A stretch of 37,490 nucleotides of DNA from an uncultured Anaerolineae bacterium (GCA_964637665.1 CAZWUX010000001.1:1-37490), one strand, 5' to 3'. Positions 1 through 8,917 are shown, counted from the stretch's first letter. The notes: generated by a model from the sequence alone, not told the origin. Made by a program: numbers and translations.

Positions 1-351
1 CCGACGAGCGATCACCCGGACGGCATCGCGGAGATGACGGCCACCATCGTGTGGAACGCACTGATCGAGCACACCGACGTGCCGCCTTTGCTGTGGAACA
101 CGGTCCCGCTCCACCCACATAAGGCGGGTCAACCGTTGACGAACCGCGCACCCACCGTGCCGGAGATCCGCATGGGGCAGCCGTTCGTCGAGCGGGTGAT
201 GGACCTGTTCGACATTCGGACGGTGTTAGGCGTCGGGCGGAAGGCGCAGCGCACGCTGCGCGAGCTTGAGATCGAGCACGAGGAACTGCGCCATCCCTCG
301 CAGGGCGGCAAGGCGGATTTCATCGCCGGGTTGCGCGCGGCGCTCGCCTGA
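1..351 (+). CDS. Uracil-DNA glycosylase superfamily protein (5'-truncated by window edge)
   Basis: Frame is open from base 1 (PTSDHPDGIAEMTATIVW...). Motifs E-x-TATIVW, LLWNTVPLHPH..NRAPT, GVGRKA and RHPSQGG are typical of UDG-like proteins. Confidence 0.8.
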   Translation, partial: PTSDHPDGIAEMTATIVWNALIEHTDVPPLLWNTVPLHPHKAGQPLTNRAPTVPEIRMGQPFVERVMDLFDIRTVLGVGRKAQRTLRELEIEHEELRHPSQGGKADFIAGLRAALA

Positions 352-358
352 TCGGGGT

Positions 359-2191
359 TTAGTAGAACTGCGGGGGCGGGCTGGCGACGAATGGCGGGCG
401 GCCTTCTGCCGCCTGCTGCCGGCTCTCCTCGGCCCGCCGTGCCTCAAGCACGTCCAGTGGAATCACGACCGAGATACGCGTGCCCTCCCCCGGCGTGGAG
501 TCGATGTCGAGCGCGCCTTCCACCAGCGCGGCGCGATCCTTGAGGTTCAACAGCCCCAGATGGCCCTCGCGGTTGTGCGCCTCCGCCAACGCCTGCTCCA
601 CGTCGAACCCGCGCCCGTCGTCCTCAATCATGAGCACAAGCGCGTCCCCCTGCACCCGCACCGACACGGTGATGAGGTCCGCGCGGGCGTGCTTGCGGGC
701 GTTGTGCAGCGCTTCCGTCACGATGGAGAACAGGGATACCGTCGCGTGGGAATCCAGCAGGTGATCAACATGGCGTTCGACGTACACCTCGACGTTCTGA
801 CCGTATGTCTCGTTCATCTTGTCGGCCAGCGCTCTGAGGCCGGGCTCAAGCCCGTGATCGAGCGACTTCGGGCGCAGCTCGAACAGCATCATACGGACCT
901 CCCGCGTCGTCCGCCGCGCGAGGTCCTCCACCTTGTAAAGCTCATCCGGCGCCTTATGAGGCTCCCGTTCAAGCAGGCGGCGGATGTAATTCAGGCGCAT
1001 CGTGATGGCCGATATGCTCTGCGTCGGCCCGTCGTGCAGCTCGGCGGCGAGCTGCGCGCGGGCGTATTTATCGACCTCGACCAGCCGGTCACGCTGCTCG
1101 CGAAGCGCGACGTACAGCTTCGCGTTGTTCAGCGAGGCCGCCGCCTGATTCGCGACGGCGCGCATCAACTCGACGTGGATGTCGCGGAAGGCGTCCTCCT
1201 GGCGGCTGCCAACCAGCATCACGCCATATGAATCCTGCCCCGCGTTGAGCGGCAGCACGAGCACCGTCCCGCACGCCCGGAAGGTTTCGAACTCGCGAAG
1301 CTCGGCGTCCGTGCCGGGATTGCCCGCGATAGTGGGCTGGACGTTCGTCAGCGCCCGGTTGATAGCCCCGCCGATGCCGGGGATCGCGATCTCATAATCA
1401 ATCGGCTCCACACTGGCCGACGCCCACGCGATGCGCAGCATCGTCGCCACGCCGTCCTCGTCGCTCGCGAATAACAGGATCGCCCCGAACAGCGGCGGCT
1501 CGACGCCGACGCGCTCCAGCCCCTCCAGCCCGAACGTCACCGCCGAGTCGAGCACCCGGTTCGGGTCGAGCTTCGACGCGCTGAGCACCTCCGTCATGTC
1601 GTACACGACGCGCATCGTCTGGATGGCCCGCCGGGTGGCCGCGATGGCCTCCTCCTCGCGGCGGCGCTGGCGACGCTGGCTCAACTCGTCCTCGCGGGAG
1701 CGGCTGGCGGCCAGCATATAGGTCGCTGGCCCGGCTACCGGGATAGCCACGGCCAGCATCGCCACGTAGGCCGGGCCGAGCGACGGCGGGGCCAGCGTGC
1801 TGACCTGAAGCGCCGCGAGCAGCGCGGCCAGCGCGATGCCCGCCCACAGGCTCGTCAGCCAGCCGAAGTAGATGCCCGCCACCGCCGCCGGGACGATCCC
1901 CAGCCACGCGAGGCGCGCGTCGATGAAGTACACCGCCACACAGATCACCGCCGCGTCGATGGCGAGCGCCACAACGGTCAGAGGCCGGTTCCAGATGCCC
2001 ATGACGAGAAAGAGCAGCAGCACCAGGTTGGCGAGCAGCGACCCGATGCTCGCCAGCACGACCGGCGATGGCGCAGGCAGCCCGCCGCCTTCCGGGCTGA
2101 GTATCGTCACGGCGATGAAGGCCAGCGGATACAGCCACCGCAGCCCAAACAGCGCCCACTCGCGACTCGTTACCGCAGCGTGATCGGACAC
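359..2191 (-). CDS. Membrane-bound GAF-domain sensor histidine kinase (HisKA_3, NarX/DegS type)
   Basis: N-terminal hydrophobic helices, GAF region, H-box ELHDGPTQ, N-box EALHNARKHA, G1 IEDDGRGF, G2 HLGL and DSTPGEGT. Confidence 0.92.
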   Translation of the reverse strand: MSDHAAVTSREWALFGLRWLYPLAFIAVTILSPEGGGLPAPSPVVLASIGSLLANLVLLLFLVMGIWNRPLTVVALAIDAAVICVAVYFIDARLAWLGIVPAAVAGIYFGWLTSLWAGIALAALLAALQVSTLAPPSLGPAYVAMLAVAIPVAGPATYMLAASRSREDELSQRRQRRREEEAIAATRRAIQTMRVVYDMTEVLSASKLDPNRVLDSAVTFGLEGLERVGVEPPLFGAILLFASDEDGVATMLRIAWASASVEPIDYEIAIPGIGGAINRALTNVQPTIAGNPGTDAELREFETFRACGTVLVLPLNAGQDSYGVMLVGSRQEDAFRDIHVELMRAVANQAAASLNNAKLYVALREQRDRLVEVDKYARAQLAAELHDGPTQSISAITMRLNYIRRLLEREPHKAPDELYKVEDLARRTTREVRMMLFELRPKSLDHGLEPGLRALADKMNETYGQNVEVYVERHVDHLLDSHATVSLFSIVTEALHNARKHARADLITVSVRVQGDALVLMIEDDGRGFDVEQALAEAHNREGHLGLLNLKDRAALVEGALDIDSTPGEGTRISVVIPLDVLEARRAEESRQQAAEGRPPFVASPPPQFY

Positions 2192-2254
2192 AGGACTCCT
2201 ACCAGATCATCACAGCTAAAAAGGAACGTGCGTCTCTTACCGATTCCCTATTAT

Positions 2255-2294
2255 AAAATAAGCGGCTGACGCCTGCCTGACTGGCGTAGCCGCT
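2255..2294 (-). terminator. Probable intrinsic terminator of tRNA-Val
   Basis: Minus-strand hairpin AGCGGCT-ACGCC...GGCGT-C-AGCCGCT followed by TATTTT. Confidence 0.5.
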
Positions 2295-2313
2295 ACACGG
2301 AGTAGCTATCAGA

Positions 2314-2387
<74 letters not shown>

Positions 2388-2399
2388 GTGAACGGCTGA

Positions 2400-2428
2400 A
2401 TTATAGCATTGGCCGTGACAGGCAGCAA
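2400..2428 (-). promoter_or_regulatory. Sigma70-type promoter of tRNA-Val
   Basis: Minus strand TTGCTG-17 bp-TATAAT with extended -10 TG, 12 nt upstream of the tRNA. Confidence 0.7.
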
Positions 2429-2480
2429 CCTTATTCTATCCAAAATGGGCCGTAACGTAATGGTGGGGAATATACGGAGA

Positions 2481-3938
2481 TCACCCGGCGGGGTCATGTT
2501 CCTCCGGCTGCCGGGGGCGCTCCGCCGGGGATCGCTCCGGGGCGAGCGCGCGCAAAATCGCCTGAACGTCCCGCCTGACCTGCGATTCAGTCTTCATGAG
2601 GTCCGCAACCCGGTCACAGCTGTACAGCACCGTGCTGTGACTCCGTCCATCCATCCGCTCGCCGATCTCCTGCAGCGGGATGTCGACCTCGTGATGCGCG
2701 ATATACATCGCCACCTGCCGCGCGGCGGAGACCTCACGCGGGCGCGCCCGTCCGAACAGGTCCGCCGGATCGACGCCGTAGTACTCCGCCACCGCCATCA
2801 CCACGTCGTCCAGCGTCGTCTTGCCCGCCACCGGGGGGGAAGCCGCCTCGCTCAGCGCTTCCTCAGCGAGATCCATCGTGGGCGTGCCCTCGACCAGCAG
2901 CGCACGGGCGATGACTCGGTTGAGCGCGCCCTCCAGTTCGCGCACGCTGCCCCGCGCGTCCTCCGCGATGCGCTCCAGCACGTCGAGCGGCAGCCGCCCA
3001 TCGAAGGCGCGCAGGTCTGCCTTGATTTCGAGGATGTCCACCCGCGTCAGGAAGTCCGGCTCCGCCAGATCGACGATCAGCCCGCCCTCGAAGCGCGACC
3101 GCAGCCGCGCGTCCAGCCCCCGGATCGCGCCGGGCGGCAGGTGTGCGGCGACGACGATCTGCGCCCCGTCGTTGACGAGCGTGTTGAACGTATGGTGGAA
3201 CTCCTCCTGCGTCGTGTCCTTGCCCGCCATAAACTGCACGTCGTCCACCAGCAGCACGTCCACGTCCCGGTATTTCGCGCGGAACGCGCCCGTCTCGCGC
3301 TTGCGGATCGCGCCCACGAGGTCGTTGGTGAAGCGCTCCGCCGTCGCGACCATCACCTTGCGCCCCTTCTCCGCGCAGGCGTTGCCGATGGCGTGCAGCA
3401 GGTGCGACTTGCCGATCCCGACGCCGCCGTGTATGAACAGTGGATTGAACTGGTGGGATGGCGCCTCGACGACGGCTTTCGCCGCTGCGACGGCCAGCCG
3501 GTTGCAGTCCCCTACGGCGAGGTTATCGAACGTGTGCCGGGGGTTCAGGCCCGTGACGCCGGGCGGCAGCCGCTCGAAGCGCGGCGGCTCCTCCGGGGCG
3601 GGCGCGATCTGCTCCATCAGCGGCCCCGCCCCCCGCACGTCCGGGGCATCGTCCTTTTTCTTCTTGTGCTCCGGCGCGAGGACGAACCGCACCTCGACGG
3701 TGCGCCGCGCGAGACGGCTCAGCGTCCGGGCGACGACCTTCTTCAGCCGCTGGTCGAGCCACTCACGCGCGTAGATATTGCGCACGCCGATGATGAACGT
3801 CCCATCCTCGTGCGCGATCAGGCGCGCGTCGCGCAGCCACGTGTTAAACGTGTCGCGTGGAAGTTGAAGCTCAAGCTCGCCGTATGCCGTTTTCCAGATG
3901 TCGGCAGGGCTGTAGGGTTGGTCGGCCATCCTCGTCAC
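2481..3938 (-). CDS. dnaA: Chromosomal replication initiator DnaA (possibly a divergent paralog; alternative start ATG at 3929)
   Basis: Domain I W..FNTWL; NPLFIHGGVGIGKSHL (Walker A); LLVDDVQF (Walker B); QEEFHHTFN; RLRSRFEGGL; VRELEGAL; domain IV ARQVAMY...GRSHSTV. Confidence 0.96.
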   Translation of the reverse strand: MTRMADQPYSPADIWKTAYGELELQLPRDTFNTWLRDARLIAHEDGTFIIGVRNIYAREWLDQRLKKVVARTLSRLARRTVEVRFVLAPEHKKKKDDAPDVRGAGPLMEQIAPAPEEPPRFERLPPGVTGLNPRHTFDNLAVGDCNRLAVAAAKAVVEAPSHQFNPLFIHGGVGIGKSHLLHAIGNACAEKGRKVMVATAERFTNDLVGAIRKRETGAFRAKYRDVDVLLVDDVQFMAGKDTTQEEFHHTFNTLVNDGAQIVVAAHLPPGAIRGLDARLRSRFEGGLIVDLAEPDFLTRVDILEIKADLRAFDGRLPLDVLERIAEDARGSVRELEGALNRVIARALLVEGTPTMDLAEEALSEAASPPVAGKTTLDDVVMAVAEYYGVDPADLFGRARPREVSAARQVAMYIAHHEVDIPLQEIGERMDGRSHSTVLYSCDRVADLMKTESQVRRDVQAILRALAPERSPAERPRQPEEHDPAG

Positions 3939-4062
3939 GGGTAAGGTAGGCAGGCACGCGCCGGGGATGGCTCAGCCACCTCCGGGTGTCGCCCGCAGGG
4001 AAAACATCGACTCGTTGTAGCAGGTACAGCCGTCGGGTTATGGTGTGTGGTGCTGCACAACC

Positions 4063-4091
4063 ATCTTAGCAGAGGCCCCCGGCCCAGACAA
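4063..4091 (-). promoter_or_regulatory. Putative dnaA promoter
   Basis: Minus strand TTGTCT-17 bp-TAAGAT with extended -10 TG; AT-rich tract immediately upstream. Confidence 0.55.
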
Positions 4092-4100
4092 CGCTGCCAG

Positions 4101-4160
4101 CTTAAAGATTCATATTCTTTAAGATTCGGGAATGTTAAAATAATTTAAGATAAGTTAACG
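4101..4160. promoter_or_regulatory. AT-rich tract with 8-bp inverted repeat upstream of dnaA
   Basis: CTTAAAGA-N7-TCTTTAAG at 4101-4123 plus three TTAA(A)GAT copies in an otherwise GC-rich background. Confidence 0.5.
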
Positions 4161-4407
4161 TCCGCCATCTCGAACATCCGAGCGGATTTCAGCGTCGCCC
4201 CAACCCACCTGTGGGATGTTCTCTCGGCGGGGGCCTGTATATGGGGCGTGGGGGCCGGATCGCCCGCCCCGGCGGGCGTTGTGTTAAAGAATTTGCAGAC
4301 ATCCCGGCGGGGCAGACGGCGGATCGTGTCATCTCCCGGCGAGACAGCCGTGCGATCAGCACGCAGGCCCCGGCTGCTGGGCATCAACCGGGGCCTGCAC
4401 TCCGCCA

Positions 4408-4839
4408 CTACGAGAATGCCGGAATCGCGCCCATCTGCTGCATCAGCCCCAGGGTATCGACGTTAAGCCACCATTCCACGACCTTTCCGTCGGCGATTCG
4501 CCAGATGTTAGCCATCCAGGCGGACACCTTCTGGCCGTTGGGCGGGATGCCCATTAGCTCGTTCGTGAAGGTGCCCTCGATTGGCATGTGAAGAACGACC
4601 AGATCGCCTTCGGCGATCATCGTCCAGTGAGGATGTTGGATGTCGGGCATAGCCGCGCGGAAGGCGCCGAAGAAGCCTTTTAGCCCTTCCGGCCCCCGGA
4701 TGTCCTCGGGTAAAAAGGGATTGTGACCGACAAAATCGGGTGCGACGTATTCGTCCAACAGGTCGAGATCTCCCTCATTGAACGCCCTCGTGAGGCGATC
4801 AGCGAGAGCTTTGTTCTGCTCTGTCACAGACTTGTCCAC
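4408..4839 (-). CDS. SnoaL-like ester cyclase / NTF2-fold protein
   Basis: NKA..R....FNEGDLD, AFRAAMPD, IAEGDLV, GTFTNELMGIPPNGQKV, RIADGKVVEWW; GTG start with GGAGA RBS. Confidence 0.9.
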   Translation of the reverse strand: MDKSVTEQNKALADRLTRAFNEGDLDLLDEYVAPDFVGHNPFLPEDIRGPEGLKGFFGAFRAAMPDIQHPHWTMIAEGDLVVLHMPIEGTFTNELMGIPPNGQKVSAWMANIWRIADGKVVEWWLNVDTLGLMQQMGAIPAFS

Positions 4840-5214
4840 GTCCGTTCTCCTGACTTAAGGCAGGTTAATATGGCGACGGCGTTATTCAACGCACACGACC
4901 CGGCTGAAATACCCCATCTTCACCCCCTCCAACTAATTCAAAACAGACTGCTATCCCACTGATGTCAGTCTGACATATACGCACGGCGTATCCGTTTGCT
5001 GTCGACGAACCCGTTCTTCGATGACGTAAGCACGCCGGGGCATCTGCTAGCGCCTGATGGATTTTTTTGCCGCAATGAGGATAGTACAGGGACGGGAATT
5101 TGGAAGTTGTGAGAATTATCTTTCGTGGTTCACATAGATGTGGCAGGCATCATCCATATTTTATCACAGGCCGTCAACCGACCGGCGTCTGTGGCCCGCT
5201 ATGGTTATCTAACG

Positions 5215-5242
5215 TTGCGATCCGGGCAGGAATCGGTATAAT
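5215..5242 (+). promoter_or_regulatory. Sigma70-type promoter of tRNA-Gly
   Basis: TTGCGA-16 bp-TATAAT, 12 nt upstream of the tRNA. Confidence 0.7.
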
Positions 5243-5254
5243 GAAAACCACAAT

Positions 5255-5326
5255 GCGGGTATAGTTCAGCGGTAGAACGTCAGCTTCCCAAGCTGAATGT
5301 CAGGGGTTCGAGTCCCCTTACCCGCT
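5255..5326 (+). tRNA. tRNA-Gly(CCC), 3' CCA not encoded
   Basis: GCGGGTATAGTTCAGCGGTAGAACGTCAGCTTCCCAAGCTGAATGTCAGGGGTTCGAGTCCCCTTACCCGCT; anticodon loop TT-CCC-AA; followed by CCT. Confidence 0.97.
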
Positions 5327-5333
5327 CCTCTAT

Positions 5334-5370
5334 AAAAACGGCCCGGCGAGATTCGCCGGGCCGTTTGATT
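5334..5370. terminator. Intrinsic terminator after tRNA-Gly, probably bidirectional
   Basis: AAACGGCCCGGCGA-GAT-TCGCCGGGCCGTTT flanked by A and T tracts. Confidence 0.8.
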
Positions 5371-5399
5371 CTAGCAATGTCGGTTGTGTTCCTCACCGT

Positions 5400-5482
5400 T
5401 AACCCCCTGTGAGCCTTACGGCTCATCCGTCCCCCTTTGCAAAGGGGGACAAATCTGAGCGCTAGCGAAGATTAGGGGGTTA
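5400..5482. repeat. Nested palindromic (REP-like) element
   Basis: Outer TAACCCCCT/AGGGGGTTA encloses TGAGCC-TTAC-GGCTCA, a perfect 22-bp palindrome GTCCCCCTTTGCAAAGGGGGAC, and AATCT..CGCTAGCG..AGATT. Confidence 0.6.
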
Positions 5483-5485
5483 GAA

Positions 5486-6844
5486 CTAATAGGAATCGCC
5501 ACCCTCCGCTTCCGCGATCATCATCCTCGCCGCGCGCCGCCCGATCTCGACCGCGTAGTTAGTCCCCCTGTCCCAGGGATAAACCTGGCTCATCGAGGCG
5601 AAGTACAGACCGTCGACCGGCGTCTGGATCGGCGGGATGTTCTGCGAGTGGTTCACGAGCGGCACGGGCTGCGCGTACGGCGCTCGGAACAGCCACCGCT
5701 TCCGCACCCAACCCGGTGAGAAGTCTGGATTCACTTTGCGCAGAGTCGGCAAAAACCGCTCGGCAAGTTCATCCTCACTGAGACGGAAGTGCTCGTGGTC
5801 GCGCGGCAGGTAATCCCCTAAATACACGATGTGATCCCCGCCGAAATGGTCGGGTGAGACGTAATTGGTGTGCTCCACCAGCGCCAGAAACGGGAAGGGA
5901 TTCTCCGCGCGGTCCGGGCTGCGGGCGGGCAGGTTAAGCCAGTACGTGCCATCCGTCATGAGCTGCCGGTCGAGCGCCAGCACGAGCGCCAGCGCGCCCA
6001 GACTCTTGAGCGAGGCGCACTTCTCGGCGTAGTCGCTGCCCCCCAGCGCAGGCACGAGCCTGAGCAGCAGCCCCGGCCCGGTCGTCGCCAGCACACGGTC
6101 GTAATGCGCGGTCTGGCCGCCCGCCGCCACGTCCAGCCCGCCGCCTTCCGCCGGGGCGATGTGCTCGACGCGCGTGTTCAGGTGGATGGCCGCGCCGCGC
6201 GCCCGCACCGCCCCGGCGAGGTCCTCCAGCATCGCCTGGAAGCCACCTTCGTACGTGCCCAGCCGGGCGGTGCGCTTGTAAGCCCGCGCCCAGAACCACG
6301 CCATGTTGACCTGATCGTACAACGCCCCGAACTTGCCGATCAGCAGCGGACGCCACGTCAATTCGTGCGCCCGCCGCCCCACCCAGCGGCGCAGCCACGC
6401 GTCGGCGGTCGTGCGCTCCAGCGTGATGCCGTTCGGGTACAGCTTGAGCAGCGCCCCGACCAGCCCGAAGCGCAGCTTGTCGATCAGCGTCAGTTCCGGC
6501 AGACGCAGTACGTTCAGCAGGCGGCCCAGGGTCGCGTTTCCGGCGGCGGGCGCGTCGAGCGGGTAGATTTTTCCCTCATGCCACAGGCTGGTCGTCGGGC
6601 TGGGGAAGCGGACCTTGTCCGCGCACCCGATCTCGTCGATCAGGCCCAGCACGTCCTCATCCGTCGAGAACCAGTGATGGTAGAACTTCTCCAGCGTCCA
6701 GTCCCAGCCCGGCTCCTTGAAGCCCGCCGCCAGCCCGCCGACCTCCGCCCCGGCCTCGAACACGGCGACCTCATGCCCCGCTCCGGCCAGATCATAGGCG
6801 GCGGCCAGCCCTGCCGCCCCTGCCCCGATGATCGCGACTCGCAT
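5486..6844 (-). CDS. NAD(P)/FAD-dependent oxidoreductase (amine oxidase / protoporphyrinogen oxidase-like family)
   Basis: IIGAGAAGLAAA dinucleotide fold, VGGLA, LEKFYHHWF, C-terminal YPWDRGTNYAV. Confidence 0.88.
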   Translation of the reverse strand: MRVAIIGAGAAGLAAAYDLAGAGHEVAVFEAGAEVGGLAAGFKEPGWDWTLEKFYHHWFSTDEDVLGLIDEIGCADKVRFPSPTTSLWHEGKIYPLDAPAAGNATLGRLLNVLRLPELTLIDKLRFGLVGALLKLYPNGITLERTTADAWLRRWVGRRAHELTWRPLLIGKFGALYDQVNMAWFWARAYKRTARLGTYEGGFQAMLEDLAGAVRARGAAIHLNTRVEHIAPAEGGGLDVAAGGQTAHYDRVLATTGPGLLLRLVPALGGSDYAEKCASLKSLGALALVLALDRQLMTDGTYWLNLPARSPDRAENPFPFLALVEHTNYVSPDHFGGDHIVYLGDYLPRDHEHFRLSEDELAERFLPTLRKVNPDFSPGWVRKRWLFRAPYAQPVPLVNHSQNIPPIQTPVDGLYFASMSQVYPWDRGTNYAVEIGRRAARMMIAEAEGGDSY

Positions 6845-6854
6845 AAAAATTCCT

Positions 6855-7889
6855 CTACTCGGTGATCGTCCCTGTGTGCGGCGACTCGGCCCCGCTCGCC
6901 GCCGTCGCGCGCCGGAAATCCCGCCAGCTTACGCCGCGCCGCGCCATATAATAGAAGCCCAGCAGTGTGATGGGCAGCCACAGCGCCGCGTGTAGCACGA
7001 TCGTATACGCCGCCGCGACGTTCTCGTTGATGCCGAACGTCTTCAGAATCTCGATCCCCGGCTCGTCGAACGTCCCGATGTAGCCCGGCGAGCTGGGCAG
7101 CGTCGTCGCGAGGTTCACGACCGCCGTCATCAGCATCAGCACGAAGAACGACACCGAGAAGTCGAAGGCGTGCATCACGAACCAGTATTTCGTCGTCTCC
7201 GTCAGCCAGATCGCGACCGACGTGACGAGCGTCATCAGCATGTCCGCCGGGCTGCGCAGCGACGCCAGCCCCTCCATGAAACGGTCGGCCTGTGTCTGCG
7301 CGAACGTTTGAATCCGCTCGGCGGGGATCAGCGCCCGGAACAGCGCGGTGTAAATCCGCCGGGTGAAAGCCGGGCGCAGCGCCAGCGCGAAGAACGCCAG
7401 CAGCGCCCCGAAGAACAGCGCCGTCATCCAGATCACGATCCGGTCGAACGGCGCGGGGATGGGCGCAAACGGCAGCGCCGCGAAGACGAAGATCAGCATC
7501 ACCAGCCCGTCGAAGATGCGCTCGACGACGATGGTCGCCAGCGACGCGCTGATCGGCACGTCCTGCTCGCGCTCCAGCATGTAGGCCCGGATCACCTCGC
7601 CCGCCCGGAAGGGGTAGACGTTGTTCCCCATGTAGCCGATCACGACCACCGGGAACAGGTCGCGCAGTTTCACCCGGCGGATGGGCCTCAGCAGGTAGTG
7701 CCAGCGCCACGTACGCGCCCACACGGCGGCGAAGTAGATCGCCACCCCCGGCACGAGCCATCCGTAGCGCGCCGAGCGCAAATCGGCCCACACCGCGTGC
7801 AGCTCCAGCCCGCGCACCGCCAGATAGAGAAACACCGCGCTGATGGCGAACCCGGCCAGCAGCAGCGCCCAGCGCCGCCAGCCCCTCAA
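6855..7889 (-). CDS. Lysylphosphatidylglycerol synthase TM-domain (UPF0104 / flippase-like) membrane protein
   Basis: Multi-TM protein with R..RW, GYMGNNVYPFRAGEVIRA, TIVVERIFDG and PSSPGYIGTFD motifs. Confidence 0.88.
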   Translation of the reverse strand: MRGWRRWALLLAGFAISAVFLYLAVRGLELHAVWADLRSARYGWLVPGVAIYFAAVWARTWRWHYLLRPIRRVKLRDLFPVVVIGYMGNNVYPFRAGEVIRAYMLEREQDVPISASLATIVVERIFDGLVMLIFVFAALPFAPIPAPFDRIVIWMTALFFGALLAFFALALRPAFTRRIYTALFRALIPAERIQTFAQTQADRFMEGLASLRSPADMLMTLVTSVAIWLTETTKYWFVMHAFDFSVSFFVLMLMTAVVNLATTLPSSPGYIGTFDEPGIEILKTFGINENVAAAYTIVLHAALWLPITLLGFYYMARRGVSWRDFRRATAASGAESPHTGTITE

Positions 7890-8144
7890 GATGATGTCAC
7901 CTTTTCGCTTCGCCTCCGTATCTACTTATACACACCTGCGCCGGGAAAGGCGCGCCCCGGATTGTACCACGTCCGTCGCGGGTCGCCCCCCTTGTTGGCG
8001 CGCTGACCCTGTGCTAGACTGCATATACATTTATCATGGCAGCCGGTCGATCATCATACACGCGCCGACGGCGCTGGCCGGTTCCACATCATAAGCCCCG
8101 CGCGGCGACGCCGCTCCCGGCGTCTCGCGTCTGGAGGTGGCAGA

Positions 8145-8735
8145 ATGGGCATTAATCCTTATTTAAAAGAAGAAGTCGCGCGCCTGCGTGACGAAAACGA
8201 GGCGCTGCGCGACGAGCTTGCCTTGCTGCGCCCGGTGGCTCACGCGCTGCGTGATCTGGTCGACGCGATCGAACATCTCACGCCCAGCGACGACACGCTG
8301 GCCTTCCTCGATCAGGTGCTCTATAACGCGCTGTCCATCATCGAGGCCGAGGAGGGATCGCTGCTCGTGCCGGACGATGACACAGACGAACTCGTGTTTG
8401 TCCTCACACACGGCTCGACGCGGGAACGCGTCGTCGGGCGGCGCATGTCGGCGGACAGAGGCATCGCCGGGTGGGTACTGAAGACCAACCGGCCCGCGCT
8501 CGTCAACGACGCCTATACCGACGACCGCTTCTATACCGGGATCGACGAGGCGGTTGGCTACCGGACTCGCTCGGTGCTGGCCGCACCGCTCACCGGCAGC
8601 GACCGGATTCACGGCGTGATCGAGTTGATCAACAAGCAGGACGGCGAGCGTTTCGCCGAGCACGACTGCGACCTGCTGACGATCCTGTGTACGTTTGCAG
8701 GCAAGATGGTCGACACGATGCTGCAAGAGGAATAG
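8145..8735 (+). CDS. Stand-alone GAF-domain protein with N-terminal coiled coil
   Basis: GSLLV.DD.TDELVF, GIAGWV, VNDAYTDDRF, GYRTRSVLAAPL, GVIELINK; GGAGG RBS. Confidence 0.88.
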   Translation: MGINPYLKEEVARLRDENEALRDELALLRPVAHALRDLVDAIEHLTPSDDTLAFLDQVLYNALSIIEAEEGSLLVPDDDTDELVFVLTHGSTRERVVGRRMSADRGIAGWVLKTNRPALVNDAYTDDRFYTGIDEAVGYRTRSVLAAPLTGSDRIHGVIELINKQDGERFAEHDCDLLTILCTFAGKMVDTMLQEE

Positions 8736-8773
8736 GGACAGACGCAGGCCGCCCGATCCGTGCGCGCCGCTTT

Positions 8774-8861
8774 CACTCCATTTCCAGGAAGCCCCCACCT
8801 CTGGTGGGGGATGAATGGACGGGCCGCAGGCCCGCCGGGCGTAGCCCGGATGGAGTGTCAA
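8774..8861. mobile_element. Short IS200/IS605-end-like palindromic element (non-autonomous, MITE/PATE-like)
   Basis: CACTCCAT...ATGGAGTG outer IR followed by TCAA; internal GAAGCCCCCACC-TCT-GGTGGGGGATGAA hairpin resembling IS605 end hairpins; two GNA-triloop hairpins. Confidence 0.5.
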
Positions 8862-8917
8862 GCAAATCCGCATAGCGGTTTGCCATTCATTCGATCCGTA
8901 TAGTTCAAGGGAACGCC

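Noticed and set aside
5101-5170. oriC between the SnoaL gene and tRNA-Gly
   Set aside because: AT-richer than background, but only weak DnaA-box-like words (TCATCCATA, TTATCACAG); not enough to call an origin.
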